Source: a virus (Duplodnaviria; Caudoviricetes). From it: a stretch of 64,000 nucleotides of DNA. Positions 9,146 through 17,700 of the stretch are shown here, one piece after another. The position numbers and the translations under genes are program-made. The notes below the pieces were generated by a model that worked only from the letters and a program-made list of their open reading frames with translations, was not told the DNA's origin and ran no database searches. The DNA is taken from IMG/VR virus record IMGVR_UViG_3300033121_001723, positions 11,954-75,953 of that record; one strand, written 5' to 3'. Within the stretch, counting starts at the first letter, position 1, and the number at the start of each line of letters is the position of its first letter.

Positions 9146-10197
9146 CAATCTCGCCAATACGGACACGCCATGTGTCCAAATCCAAACAGCGCCGTCATAC
9201 CAGGTTTGTCCTGACGGTACACACCACGGAAGACAGTCGTACCGGGTTTGACGAGGCGGCCGACCGTCGAGAATGCCTGATCCAGTGTCTCCGCAGAAAC
9301 CGTGTCGTAGGCGTCAGGCCCGCACATGAACACCAAGCCAGCTGTCATGGCCGTGTTGATCGGCAATGGAGCCAGTAGCGACTGCTCGACCGCCTTCCGG
9401 ATACGGTCCGACACGGCAACACCGGACGCCCAGTCAGTAATGACCTGTGTCCCAAACACGACATTTCCGATCAGAAGCCGTTTGAAATCGGCAGCGTCGA
9501 ACGAAGTGTGCTCCGCCGGAGTCGCTGCCAGGCAATTGAAGGCATGGAACAGCTTCGACAAAGCACTGTTTCCAGTCGCATATTCGAGCGAAGCTGACGG
9601 TCGGTACAGATTGACGATCCGGTCGTTATCCAGCCACAGTATGGAGGAAATACCGACCGCATCGACCGTGGCCAAAGCCTCGGCTGCGTTCTGCTGCGGC
9701 AACGTCCCTTCCGTCAGCTTGGGCCACGCCAGTACGGCACTCACCCGTTCGTCACCGGGCGAGATCCCCATGGTGTGGTAACAGAGATTGGCAATGACCG
9801 GAAACATCCCAGCCCCTGACCCACCGCCCAGACCGCAGCACAGAAACACCCGGTCTGGATTCGTAGCCAGCACATCATGCAGAAAGGCCCGGATGTCCTC
9901 CGCCCGTTTCGAGGCTGTGGCTTTGGCGACAGCCAAGTCCTTACCGGCCCCGCCGCTATCCAGACACAACTTGTTGGCGTCGGGAATCTTCAGACTGGCC
10001 AAATCTATCGCTGCGGTGTTGATGGCAAACACCTTACGATAGCCCAACCTGTAGAAGGCCTCTGCAATACGTCCGCCACCTTGGCCGAGGCCGATGAACA
10101 CACAGGAGAGTGCCACCGGGCCGTTTGGGAACTCGTCAGTCCATTTGTCGCCACCGCTCGGCTGCGGCTCTATTGGCAACGGAAGGTCCAGATCCAT
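9145..10197 (-). CDS. FtsZ/tubulin-family GTPase (TubZ/PhuZ/CetZ-like)
   Basis: FIGLGQGGGRIA (T1), AINTA, GGAGKD, GLGGGSGAG (tubulin signature), LDND; the start is uncertain (ATG 10197 has a weak RBS). Confidence 0.9.
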   Translation of the reverse strand: MDLDLPLPIEPQPSGGDKWTDEFPNGPVALSCVFIGLGQGGGRIAEAFYRLGYRKVFAINTAAIDLASLKIPDANKLCLDSGGAGKDLAVAKATASKRAEDIRAFLHDVLATNPDRVFLCCGLGGGSGAGMFPVIANLCYHTMGISPGDERVSAVLAWPKLTEGTLPQQNAAEALATVDAVGISSILWLDNDRIVNLYRPSASLEYATGNSALSKLFHAFNCLAATPAEHTSFDAADFKRLLIGNVVFGTQVITDWASGVAVSDRIRKAVEQSLLAPLPINTAMTAGLVFMCGPDAYDTVSAETLDQAFSTVGRLVKPGTTVFRGVYRQDKPGMTALFGFGHMACPYWRD

Positions 10198-10255
10198 GTC
10201 GTCGTCGCTTTCTACCGCAGATACTGCGGCTGAAACGGAAAGGTAACAGCCCGCC

Positions 10256-10594
10256 TTACTCGGCAGGAGCTGCTTCCGGCTGGGGAGACACCTTAGTGTC
10301 GACTGCTTCCCCGCTCGGAACTGATTCTTGTGATTTTGGGTCAGGTGTCGCCGGTTCGGCAGCTTTGGTGGGTCCGCCAAGAGTGTCCGGCGCAGGAGGC
10401 GTGGGTCCGCCGTCAGCTGCTTGCGGTTGATCTTGAGAGGGTCCACTGACGCCGCCGACCACGACTCCTTCATCCACCGTAAGTGCTGCTGGCTGGATAG
10501 CAGCCGGAGGAGGAGATGTATCACCTGCGTCCGGAACGCCCGGAATGAAGGTGGTTCGTTGATGACGAAATTCAGCCTCTGACAGTTCTGACAT
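10256..10594 (-). CDS. Pro/Ala/acidic low-complexity protein (112 aa)
   Basis: GGAG RBS before ATG 10594; lies between portal and tubulin. Confidence 0.6.
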   Translation of the reverse strand: MSELSEAEFRHQRTTFIPGVPDAGDTSPPPAAIQPAALTVDEGVVVGGVSGPSQDQPQAADGGPTPPAPDTLGGPTKAAEPATPDPKSQESVPSGEAVDTKVSPQPEAAPAE

Positions 10595-10671
10595 GCTTGG
10601 GCTCCGTTAAAGTTTGTGACAAACCACTCGCCGCAGCATATCGTGATTGTGACAAAATTCAACCGAGTAGC

Positions 10672-12513
10672 CTACTGGGCTCCCTGTTGTTGCAGCAATT
10701 GAGCCCCGCCCTGCATCCGTGCGTCGTAGCGGATCTTCTCCAAGGCGTCCAGCACGACTCGGCCAAGCACAGGATTTTGGGATTTGATGGCCGTGATCTG
10801 CCGCTTGCGGCTGGTCTCGTCCATGGTGAGCAACTGCTGTGCGATCGAGTTGCCTGTCGCCATGTATTCTTCTGGCGTTTTTGGGTTACCCAGCTGGAAG
10901 CTCTGCGTAGGATCTGCTCCGGCCGCCGCAGGAGCTCCGCCACCACCACCAGGCTGGCCTCCTGGAGCCGCTCCTGGTTGTTGCAGCAGTGACGAGGCGG
11001 TGATAGCCCCCTGCGACGATACCTGCTGAGCCGCAGCCTGCTGATCGGCCTCTTCTTGGGCTTTGTTGGCAAGCTCGTTGGTGATCTGGGTCTCTTCGTT
11101 CTTCCGGCGTTGTTCCTCTTCCCAATCGATGCCGAGCGCTCGCAGGGCGGTCGTCTGGGAAATCTGCTGATTGAGACCCAGCTGCAGCTGTGTAGTCTGC
11201 CGTTGGATATCGTCAGCATGTGTCGGCTTATCGAGTGTCAGCTTGACCGGTTGCCACTGCCTACGGGACGAGATGACCTTCGCATAAAAAGCCAACAGGT
11301 CGATCAGCTGATCGCGGAAGTGAGTATGATGGGACTCGAAGATCCGCAGAGCCGGGATAGCCCCTTGAGCCGTCAGTGTCCCCTTGTACAGCTCGATCGG
11401 GCAGCCGATGGAGTTGAACAGCACATCATAGCCTTGGTCCAGCAAGTCTTTCGGAGTGAAGGCAGTCGCGTCGCCTCCAAGGGCTTGGTATTTGATCGGG
11501 AACGGGAGCACGTTCCAGCGTGTCGGATCGTTGCGTCGGGCGCGGACCATGCTATTCACGCGGGCTGCAAACGTGCTGAGCCCGAGTTTGTAACTGGGCT
11601 CACTCTCAATCGGACCGCCTGTGATCTCCGGCGTAATTACCCGGAATGGCACCACGTAGTCCAGCGCCAAGGCCTCGTTGTACTTGTGCAACATCTGTAC
11701 GTAGTACGCCACCCCGAAATTCGTCAAGGCCTTGCTGATCCCCCAGCCGCGATTGATCTGGCCGGCCAGCCGCTTCTCCTTCATGTGGTAGACGAAGCCG
11801 TCTTCAAACTCCAACCACTTGGACTCCTTGACCGCTTGGATGATCTCCCAGTTGGCTGTCTCCAAGACGCACATGTCGCCACGCCGGATCTGGTCCCGGT
11901 AATCGGCAGGAATTTTCCAGACGTAAGAGCACCGTTCTGTCAGTGGGTCGAAGATTATCTCGATCTCATACGGATTCCACCGCTTGAGGATCAAACCGCT
12001 CCCCTCAGACGATCGCCGATCGCGAGGCACCCACGGGCCTCGCTTGGTACAGCGGGGGCATCGCATGTTGAACTCGAAGTTCGACCACTGGTAGCTGAAC
12101 ACAGACCGCTGCTGTTTGATTGTCGACAGCGGCCGCTCAAGCCCGCACTGAGGGCAGGCCAAGTACCGCTTGATCGGAATCAACCCTGACCCGAAGTAAT
12201 TGCCGTAGAAAAAGAAGTCCAAGGACGCTTCGATCAAGTGGCTCTTGATGTTCAGCTCTTCGTAAAGATAGTCCCGGTAACGTTTTTTCTCCTTACGGTC
12301 ATCACCTTCGACAGAAACTTCCGTGATGAAGTATGCGATGATTCGCTCAATACCGGAACGGTAGACGCCCATCCGCTCGAAGATGCGTTCGCACCAGCGG
12401 AGGGCGTCAACCATCGTAGACGGCATCGTAAGTGCCGAGATATCGCAGAACGGGTCTGGCAAGCCTTCAGCTCCGCGGGACCCGCCCGCCATCATCGCAC
12501 CGATTTGGGACAT
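10672..12513 (-). CDS. Probable portal protein with a CxxC...CxxC insertion and Q/G/A-rich tail
   Basis: 613 aa; DFFFYGNYF and SIGCPIELYKG resemble portal motifs; CPQC and CPRC pairs. Confidence 0.6.
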   Translation of the reverse strand: MSQIGAMMAGGSRGAEGLPDPFCDISALTMPSTMVDALRWCERIFERMGVYRSGIERIIAYFITEVSVEGDDRKEKKRYRDYLYEELNIKSHLIEASLDFFFYGNYFGSGLIPIKRYLACPQCGLERPLSTIKQQRSVFSYQWSNFEFNMRCPRCTKRGPWVPRDRRSSEGSGLILKRWNPYEIEIIFDPLTERCSYVWKIPADYRDQIRRGDMCVLETANWEIIQAVKESKWLEFEDGFVYHMKEKRLAGQINRGWGISKALTNFGVAYYVQMLHKYNEALALDYVVPFRVITPEITGGPIESEPSYKLGLSTFAARVNSMVRARRNDPTRWNVLPFPIKYQALGGDATAFTPKDLLDQGYDVLFNSIGCPIELYKGTLTAQGAIPALRIFESHHTHFRDQLIDLLAFYAKVISSRRQWQPVKLTLDKPTHADDIQRQTTQLQLGLNQQISQTTALRALGIDWEEEQRRKNEETQITNELANKAQEEADQQAAAQQVSSQGAITASSLLQQPGAAPGGQPGGGGGAPAAAGADPTQSFQLGNPKTPEEYMATGNSIAQQLLTMDETSRKRQITAIKSQNPVLGRVVLDALEKIRYDARMQGGAQLLQQQGAQ

Positions 12514-12547
12514 CCGTGTCGCTTCCGGTTAGTACTTCAATCCGAGA

Positions 12548-13246
12548 TCACAGAGTGACCTTATTCAAAATTTCCGCAACCTTGAACCGCACGCCAAGAT
12601 AATCGAATTTGACCTCGTTGGCTACCACAAGGTAGACAACCGGACTGCCGGCAATCTGCATTGCCACTTGGTCGCCCTTAGGTAGATCCTCCGGAAACCA
12701 CGGCTCCTCTTTGTCCAATGGATGCACGAAGATCATCCACTTTCCGAAAATACACACGTCGCCAAATCCGGCCAAGACGTCTTGGGACTCGGTCGGTGTC
12801 CCGACAGCAAACGTCACCCAGACCAACCCTGGGTCCTCTGCAACCTGCGGTGGTGTGGGTTCTGGGGCCGCCTGAAACAAGCCGAGCAGAGACGGGTTCC
12901 CGGCGGATTTCTGCAACTGAGGTGCTGTCCGCTGGACCGCAGGAAACGGTGTCGCAGATTGGGCCGGTTGCGGCTGATTGAACATAGGCGTCTCTCCAGG
13001 CATGGTGGTCGGTGCAGTCTGCTCGGCGGCAACGGTAATCATGTCTATGACCTGATACTTGCCATTCGAATTGTCGATCAGTGGGATGTTCGGGTCCGGC
13101 ACGCGCCGTAACTCCGTGTGTGCCGGGATATTTTGTCGCTCGTGTGTTGTCGCCGCATGTACGGCACCGAGCGGTCTGTTGACCGGGACTTGAAAACCTG
13201 TCAACCCGGGATCTATTCCCGGAGGAGTTGTTACCGGTCTGGCCAT
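12548..13246 (-). CDS. Hypothetical protein with Pro-rich N-terminal half
   Basis: First ORF after the 13269-13303 terminator; GGGATAGG upstream. Confidence 0.7.
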   Translation of the reverse strand: MARPVTTPPGIDPGLTGFQVPVNRPLGAVHAATTHERQNIPAHTELRRVPDPNIPLIDNSNGKYQVIDMITVAAEQTAPTTMPGETPMFNQPQPAQSATPFPAVQRTAPQLQKSAGNPSLLGLFQAAPEPTPPQVAEDPGLVWVTFAVGTPTESQDVLAGFGDVCIFGKWMIFVHPLDKEEPWFPEDLPKGDQVAMQIAGSPVVYLVVANEVKFDYLGVRFKVAEILNKVTL

Positions 13247-13268
13247 GTCCTATCCCTGATAAATAGCT

Positions 13269-13303
13269 AAAAAAAATGAAAGTTCCGGGGTTGCCCCCGG
13301 AAC
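13269..13303 (-). terminator. Intrinsic terminator
   Basis: On -: GTTCCGGGG-GCAA-CCCCGGAAC followed by TTTCATTTTTTTT; a second long stem lies at 13333-13366. Confidence 0.8.
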
Positions 13304-13369
13304 CGGAAGCCTCTGCGTTAAGGCTTCACAAGACAAACCCGGCCGACTCGATGAGTCGGCGGGTTGTCC

Positions 13370-13383
13370 AATTTCCGGAAATT
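13370..13383. promoter_or_regulatory. Palindromic site AATTTCCGGAAATT (copy 3)
   Basis: Perfect palindrome touching the stop codon at 13383. Confidence 0.7.
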
Positions 13384-13634
13384 CAGCTTACCGGGTCTGC
13401 CTCGCGCTGAAGCTTACCCCAGTACTCCGCCGGAACTAAGAAAAACAACCTACTGTTAACTGGCGTCCCCGTCAATGTATACGGCTGGCACAGAACAGTA
13501 CCATCTTCCGGATTCTTCCAGACGGCCAGGGCGCCCTGACCGTCTGGAATTGGCCGAGAGTTTGGAAATATACTGAAACCCGGGTCAACTTGCGTCGACA
13601 GGTGCTCCAGCTGTTGAAACGTCAATCTGACCAT
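13383..13634 (-). CDS. Hypothetical protein
   Basis: 83-aa ORF in the operon run. Confidence 0.5.
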   Translation of the reverse strand: MVRLTFQQLEHLSTQVDPGFSIFPNSRPIPDGQGALAVWKNPEDGTVLCQPYTLTGTPVNSRLFFLVPAEYWGKLQREADPVS

Positions 13635-14997
13635 GGACAGCCTCCAAGTAGGTTTGGGCGGCCTCGGGAGTCCCGTGCTTGGCCAGCAGATTCAGTACCC
13701 CGACAGCATGTTCCGGCCCGCCATTAGCCGCCAACATCTGTGCTGCCGTCGCCGCATTGAACTCTCCGCAAGCTTTTGCCGCGGCCTCGGCGGCCTCCAG
13801 CACGGCGTGGGCCCGTGCTGCAGGAACTTTCGAGGGGTCCATGACACCGTACTTGGCCTCCCACCGTCTCCGCAAACCTCCGAAGTTTGCGAATGACGTC
13901 GGACTCTTGACCTGCAAGTCCGCAAACTTGCAAACCACCCAGTTCTGGACTACCGGCATGCCGCTCAGTTGGACCGGACCGCCATCCAAGCTGCTGAGGA
14001 TGTCCTCGTTGGTCGCATATGCCGCCAACCCGCCCAGCAATGCCTTGCCAGTCGCTAAGGCCCGGTTGCGCTCCGGAGTTCCAAACTCGCCCACTGGCCG
14101 TTCTAGATGGCAACGCATCCGAACTTCCTGACTGATGTCCGGTCCTTCGGCACCCAACAACAGTGAGACGTCCTCGAACACATTGACCGGGACATGGCCT
14201 TCCCGGACCAGCGGACGGCACAGTTCGAGAGGTATGCGTGCATACATACCGCACTTGCTGGTCTGCTGCGCGTCGTTCCAGACAAGATCCTCGGCAACAG
14301 CCTGCGGGGTTTCCGTGGTCAACCGAAAAATCGGATTACCCTCTTGAACCTCGCCACCCATCTGGAACAGAGCCTGTCCTTGCGTTGGGAGAACCATGTC
14401 GTAGGTTTCCCCGGACTCGGTCTGGATGCAATACCACGTCCACTCGGGCTGTCCTTCGGCCACCCAACTGCGAATAACACGGCCGGAAATCGGGACGATC
14501 AAACTTCGCATGTTGATGTTGTTCGCCATTCCACGACGCAGCGTACCGGCCTGATTGGCCAGCGCCTGCGTTCTGACACGCTCCCGTAGCGTGTCCACCG
14601 GAAACTCGACCAAGACCTCAGGCAGTGTCACGTCGCTGGCGGCCATCTCGGCCCCGGCGGCCATTTGCTGCAGCATCCGCTTCGCCATAAACAGAACAGA
14701 TTCACCCCGAGGAGCCTCGCCCGTCTGACCGTTCAGATCGTGCACGAAGTCATTCCGTTGTTTTCCGCCGATCACCACTTCTGCCGAACGGGCGTCGAAC
14801 TCCGCCCGATACCCTCGCAGCTGGATCTTGCCGGAAAAATCGACTTGGATTGCAATGTACTTCAGGCCACCCAACGGCACCACGCCGTTCTCGAAAGCCC
14901 CTGTCGCACTGTTTCGCCACAGTGTGTAGGCCACCGAGCCTTCAGCCAACCGCAAATCCATTGCCGACACTTCTGCTACAAATTTCGAGAAATTCAT
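13585..14997 (-). CDS. Hypothetical protein containing a possible sandwich-barrel hybrid motif (RNAP beta-prime-like)
   Basis: IVPISGRV...IQTESGETYDMVLPTQGQALFQMGGEVQEGNPIF resembles SBHM repeats. Confidence 0.6.
   Translation of the reverse strand: MNFSKFVAEVSAMDLRLAEGSVAYTLWRNSATGAFENGVVPLGGLKYIAIQVDFSGKIQLRGYRAEFDARSAEVVIGGKQRNDFVHDLNGQTGEAPRGESVLFMAKRMLQQMAAGAEMAASDVTLPEVLVEFPVDTLRERVRTQALANQAGTLRRGMANNINMRSLIVPISGRVIRSWVAEGQPEWTWYCIQTESGETYDMVLPTQGQALFQMGGEVQEGNPIFRLTTETPQAVAEDLVWNDAQQTSKCGMYARIPLELCRPLVREGHVPVNVFEDVSLLLGAEGPDISQEVRMRCHLERPVGEFGTPERNRALATGKALLGGLAAYATNEDILSSLDGGPVQLSGMPVVQNWVVCKFADLQVKSPTSFANFGGLRRRWEAKYGVMDPSKVPAARAHAVLEAAEAAAKACGEFNAATAAQMLAANGGPEHAVGVLNLLAKHGTPEAAQTYLEAVHGQIDVSTAGAPVDAS
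14981..14994. promoter_or_regulatory. Palindromic site AATTTCGAGAAATT (copy 4, variant centre)
   Basis: Matches AATTTC-NN-GAAATT; lies over codons 2-6 of the gene starting at 14997. Confidence 0.5.
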
Positions 14998-15100
14998 CGA
15001 AGCTACCCTTTATCAAGCGTTACACAGGTCGGCCCGGCAAGCACCGTCTGGTGCTACAATTTCCAGTCCAACCTTACACCGCCGCAAACGGATCACAAAC

Positions 15101-15130
15101 AAAAAGGCCGACTGGTTTTCCAGTCGGCCT
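15101..15130 (-). terminator. Intrinsic terminator
   Basis: On -: AGGCCGACTGG-AAAA-CCAGTCGGCCT then TTTTG. Confidence 0.85.
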
Positions 15131-15289
15131 CACCTCCTCACAAACTCCAGCACGGTCCTCTGTCGACACAGCAGCTCAGAACTTCATGGCACACCTCCCG
15201 TTGGTCGTTAAACCGCAAGAACCTACCGAACAGCTAAGCACGTCCGAGTAGTTATGACGCGTATCCGCGTATAATTTAGACGAACCGGA

Positions 15290-15808
15290 TCAGATACTGA
15301 AGTCTTCCTCTTTCGACAGCTTCCAAGATTTGACGATCTCTTGGGCTTGTGCCACCAACTTGGGAGTAAACAGCTGCCCGTCCGTGATGCCGTCTTTCAG
15401 CTCGCTCAGGTACCTGGCGTCCATAAGCTTTTCGGCTTCAACAGCCGACTCGTGGTCCAAGCGGCCCAGATCGCGCTCCACCTCACTGAACTCCACGACA
15501 TACTCGTCCATCGGACCTGCGGCCGTGATCGCAGACTCGGACTGGACGAGCGGCAATCGCCGCCCATGGAACAACAGGGCGTGCGTTCCAGACCGTCGTA
15601 GTAGCCGGCACAGTGTCAGAGCCTTTTCCAACTCGACCAGCCTGTAGGCTTCGACGGAGAGGCTTCGAGGAGATGTACCGACAACCCAGTAGGCCGGAAG
15701 TTGTCTTGCGACTTCCTTGTCCAGCAGTTTCCGCGGCACCGCTGCGTCCACACTAGTCGGTACGAATTTGTACGGCTCGAAGTCGCTAAGATTGGTGAGA
15801 TTCAGCAT
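15290..15808 (-). CDS. Hypothetical protein
   Basis: GGAG RBS before ATG 15808 (MLNLTN). Confidence 0.65.
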   Translation of the reverse strand: MLNLTNLSDFEPYKFVPTSVDAAVPRKLLDKEVARQLPAYWVVGTSPRSLSVEAYRLVELEKALTLCRLLRRSGTHALLFHGRRLPLVQSESAITAAGPMDEYVVEFSEVERDLGRLDHESAVEAEKLMDARYLSELKDGITDGQLFTPKLVAQAQEIVKSWKLSKEEDFSI

Positions 15809-16079
15809 CGCCGACTTCTCCTGGCTCGCCCGGACCCTTGTCGAAGTCTGCAACTCCCCCGCAGTCGAGATTGTTGGCTCCGACACGACCGGTCTGGGAA
15901 TTTACAGTACAATTCGCCCGGGACTCGTTGCCCTTCGCCCCAGACACCAGCACACTGACCACAGTTAGCTCTTTGGCTTTTTTCGGGATGACCTTGGGAA
16001 GGACGATGACTTTGCGAGCCGCCTCGTCGAAGGTGACATCGGCCTCGAACTCCCCCGGCAAATACAATTCAATCTGCAT
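15786..16079 (-). CDS. Hypothetical protein
   Basis: GGGAG upstream of ATG 16079 (MQIELY). Confidence 0.55.
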   Translation of the reverse strand: MQIELYLPGEFEADVTFDEAARKVIVLPKVIPKKAKELTVVSVLVSGAKGNESRANCTVNSQTGRVGANNLDCGGVADFDKGPGEPGEVGDAESHQS

Positions 16080-16641
16080 GTCTGGCTCCCAGTACGACCG
16101 GTGTCGCTGCACCCGGGTCTCTGATAACTCCGACACGAACCTCACGGTGAGATCCGCGTAATGTCAACACTTGAACAACCGCCTGCCACGACTCTGGCAG
16201 CACAGCTGATTGACCTAACAGTAGCCTGTCTGGAACGCACGCCTCTGTCCATCCACACTCGATCACGTTGGCCAACGGATCATCCGTCACTTGCGGTCCT
16301 GCTCGAAACAGGCAGCTGCCAAACATATCCCGCACGGTGGGCCACTGCTCTTTGGATACCCAAAGCAGTGCGTGGTTCCAGTGTGCGGCAAACCCGGAAA
16401 AAAACGGCTCCCGAATCACCAGAACTTGAACATCGATATCGGGCCTTCTCGCCAGAAAATCGACCAGCGGGTCGGCTGGCTGCGGCAGGTAGGTATGGCA
16501 ACTGGCGTGCGTGAACCACACGCCAGTTGCCGCTAACGTCTGCAGAGTATCCGTCGCAGAGTAGCTCAATGGACGCAAGACACCCTTGGCAACCTTGTCG
16601 GAGCCGGTGGTGCCTTCCTTCACTGGTGTCCATTGCTCCAC
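16069..16641 (-). CDS. Hypothetical protein
   Basis: 190-aa ORF in the operon run. Confidence 0.65.
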   Translation of the reverse strand: MEQWTPVKEGTTGSDKVAKGVLRPLSYSATDTLQTLAATGVWFTHASCHTYLPQPADPLVDFLARRPDIDVQVLVIREPFFSGFAAHWNHALLWVSKEQWPTVRDMFGSCLFRAGPQVTDDPLANVIECGWTEACVPDRLLLGQSAVLPESWQAVVQVLTLRGSHREVRVGVIRDPGAATPVVLGARHAD

Positions 16642-16652
16642 GACATCAACCC

Positions 16653-17264
16653 TTAGATCAGCCCAACCTTCTCAGCCAGGTACTGCCCGGTATAGGCGAA
16701 CTCTTTGGCATTTGCCGGAGTCTTGGAGACGCTTGGCAGCCCTTCGTAGTCACCGAAGAACTCCATGAGCGACCCCAGCCCAAACCCGTTCTGGAGATTC
16801 GCGGGAACAGCGTGGTCCGGGGTAGACAAGTTTCTTTCCGGGACCACGTCGCCATACACGTCAAGCAAACCCGGCGTATCATGCCAGAACCTTACCGGAA
16901 GGCTGATAGACTCGTGCCAAGCCATGGCCGCTAGCGACCGAAATAAGGCGCGAATGTTGATCCCCACAAACAGGTGCTCAGCCTGCACCGGCCCGGGCGG
17001 CATGCCATGGAACTCTCCCAGGTCACAGATCTCCGCCAGAACGGACTCCAGCGGATACTGCGGAAAACTGACTTCCTCGCCGTCAGAGAGCATCACCAAC
17101 TCTGAGACCTTCCCCACGAACGGGGCCAAGGTCTCGAACTCACGCAGCTCCTGAATCCGCGACGCTATCGACTCCGGTTTCGTGTACGACTTCCCCGGCT
17201 GCGGCGTCCACAGCTCCGGTCTCCACCCCACCCCCGTCCACCCGATCACTGTCACTCGACTCAT
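16653..17264 (-). CDS. PolB-type 3'-5' exonuclease-like fold lacking the catalytic acidic residues
   Basis: GKSYTKPESIASRI, LAPFVGKV, FVGINI, LLDVY and LGSLMEFFG follow the order of this family's motifs; DxE/D/D are absent. Confidence 0.45.
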   Translation of the reverse strand: MSRVTVIGWTGVGWRPELWTPQPGKSYTKPESIASRIQELREFETLAPFVGKVSELVMLSDGEEVSFPQYPLESVLAEICDLGEFHGMPPGPVQAEHLFVGINIRALFRSLAAMAWHESISLPVRFWHDTPGLLDVYGDVVPERNLSTPDHAVPANLQNGFGLGSLMEFFGDYEGLPSVSKTPANAKEFAYTGQYLAEKVGLI

Positions 17265-17700
17265 TGTCTTCTGCTTTCTTTGCCTCGGCCGCAGCGGCGT
17301 CCTTGGCGGCCAGTTCCTTTGCGTCCTGCTCCAGCAGCCGGACGGCAGTAATGCCGAACGTCTCCAGTTGCACGCGCACTTCCTCCAAGCTGAACGGGGT
17401 CAATGCCCTCGCCCGAGAGGCTTGGACCAAATAGTCGACCACCTGCGGCACATGTTCAGGAGGTACCGAATCGTTGGCGAGTCGTTCCAGCCTGTGGCGT
17501 GCCGCATAGTAGATCTGCCAGCCCAGAGTTGCCAGCACGACCAAAACATTGGCCGACTTGCACTCCCGCATAAAGACGACAGGATCGAACACATCCTGTC
17601 CATCCACCAGTTTGACCGTCGGAACACCTTCCGGTACCGCGACGTCACTGCCCTCCGGGATCTCCGGTGTCTGTACCGGCTCCACTTGTGCCTCCTCCAT
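17140..17700 (-). CDS. Hypothetical acidic protein
   Basis: AGGAGCAGAAG before ATG; overlaps the next gene by ~125 nt. Confidence 0.6.
   Translation of the reverse strand: MEEAQVEPVQTPEIPEGSDVAVPEGVPTVKLVDGQDVFDPVVFMRECKSANVLVVLATLGWQIYYAARHRLERLANDSVPPEHVPQVVDYLVQASRARALTPFSLEEVRVQLETFGITAVRLLEQDAKELAAKDAAAAEAKKAEDNESSDSDRVDGGGVETGAVDAAAGEVVHETGVDSVADSGAA

Noticed and set aside
9145-10197. Nucleus-forming (chimallivirus) assignment based on the tubulin
   Set aside because: No chimallin was recognised and the polymerase is family A; this cannot be claimed from this window.
10198-10662. N-terminal 155 aa of track ORF 9145..10662 as part of the tubulin
   Set aside because: It overlaps, in another frame, ORF 10256..10594, which has the RBS and protein-like composition. 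Only the possible frameshift junction was retained.
11056-12189. 377-aa plus-strand ORF (and similar shadows such as 4362..5138 and 38015..38617)
   Set aside because: Fully antisense to well-supported genes; such shadows are expected at high GC.
15270-15275. Perfect TATAAT as a plus-strand promoter
   Set aside because: No -35 element at proper spacing and no plus-strand gene downstream.
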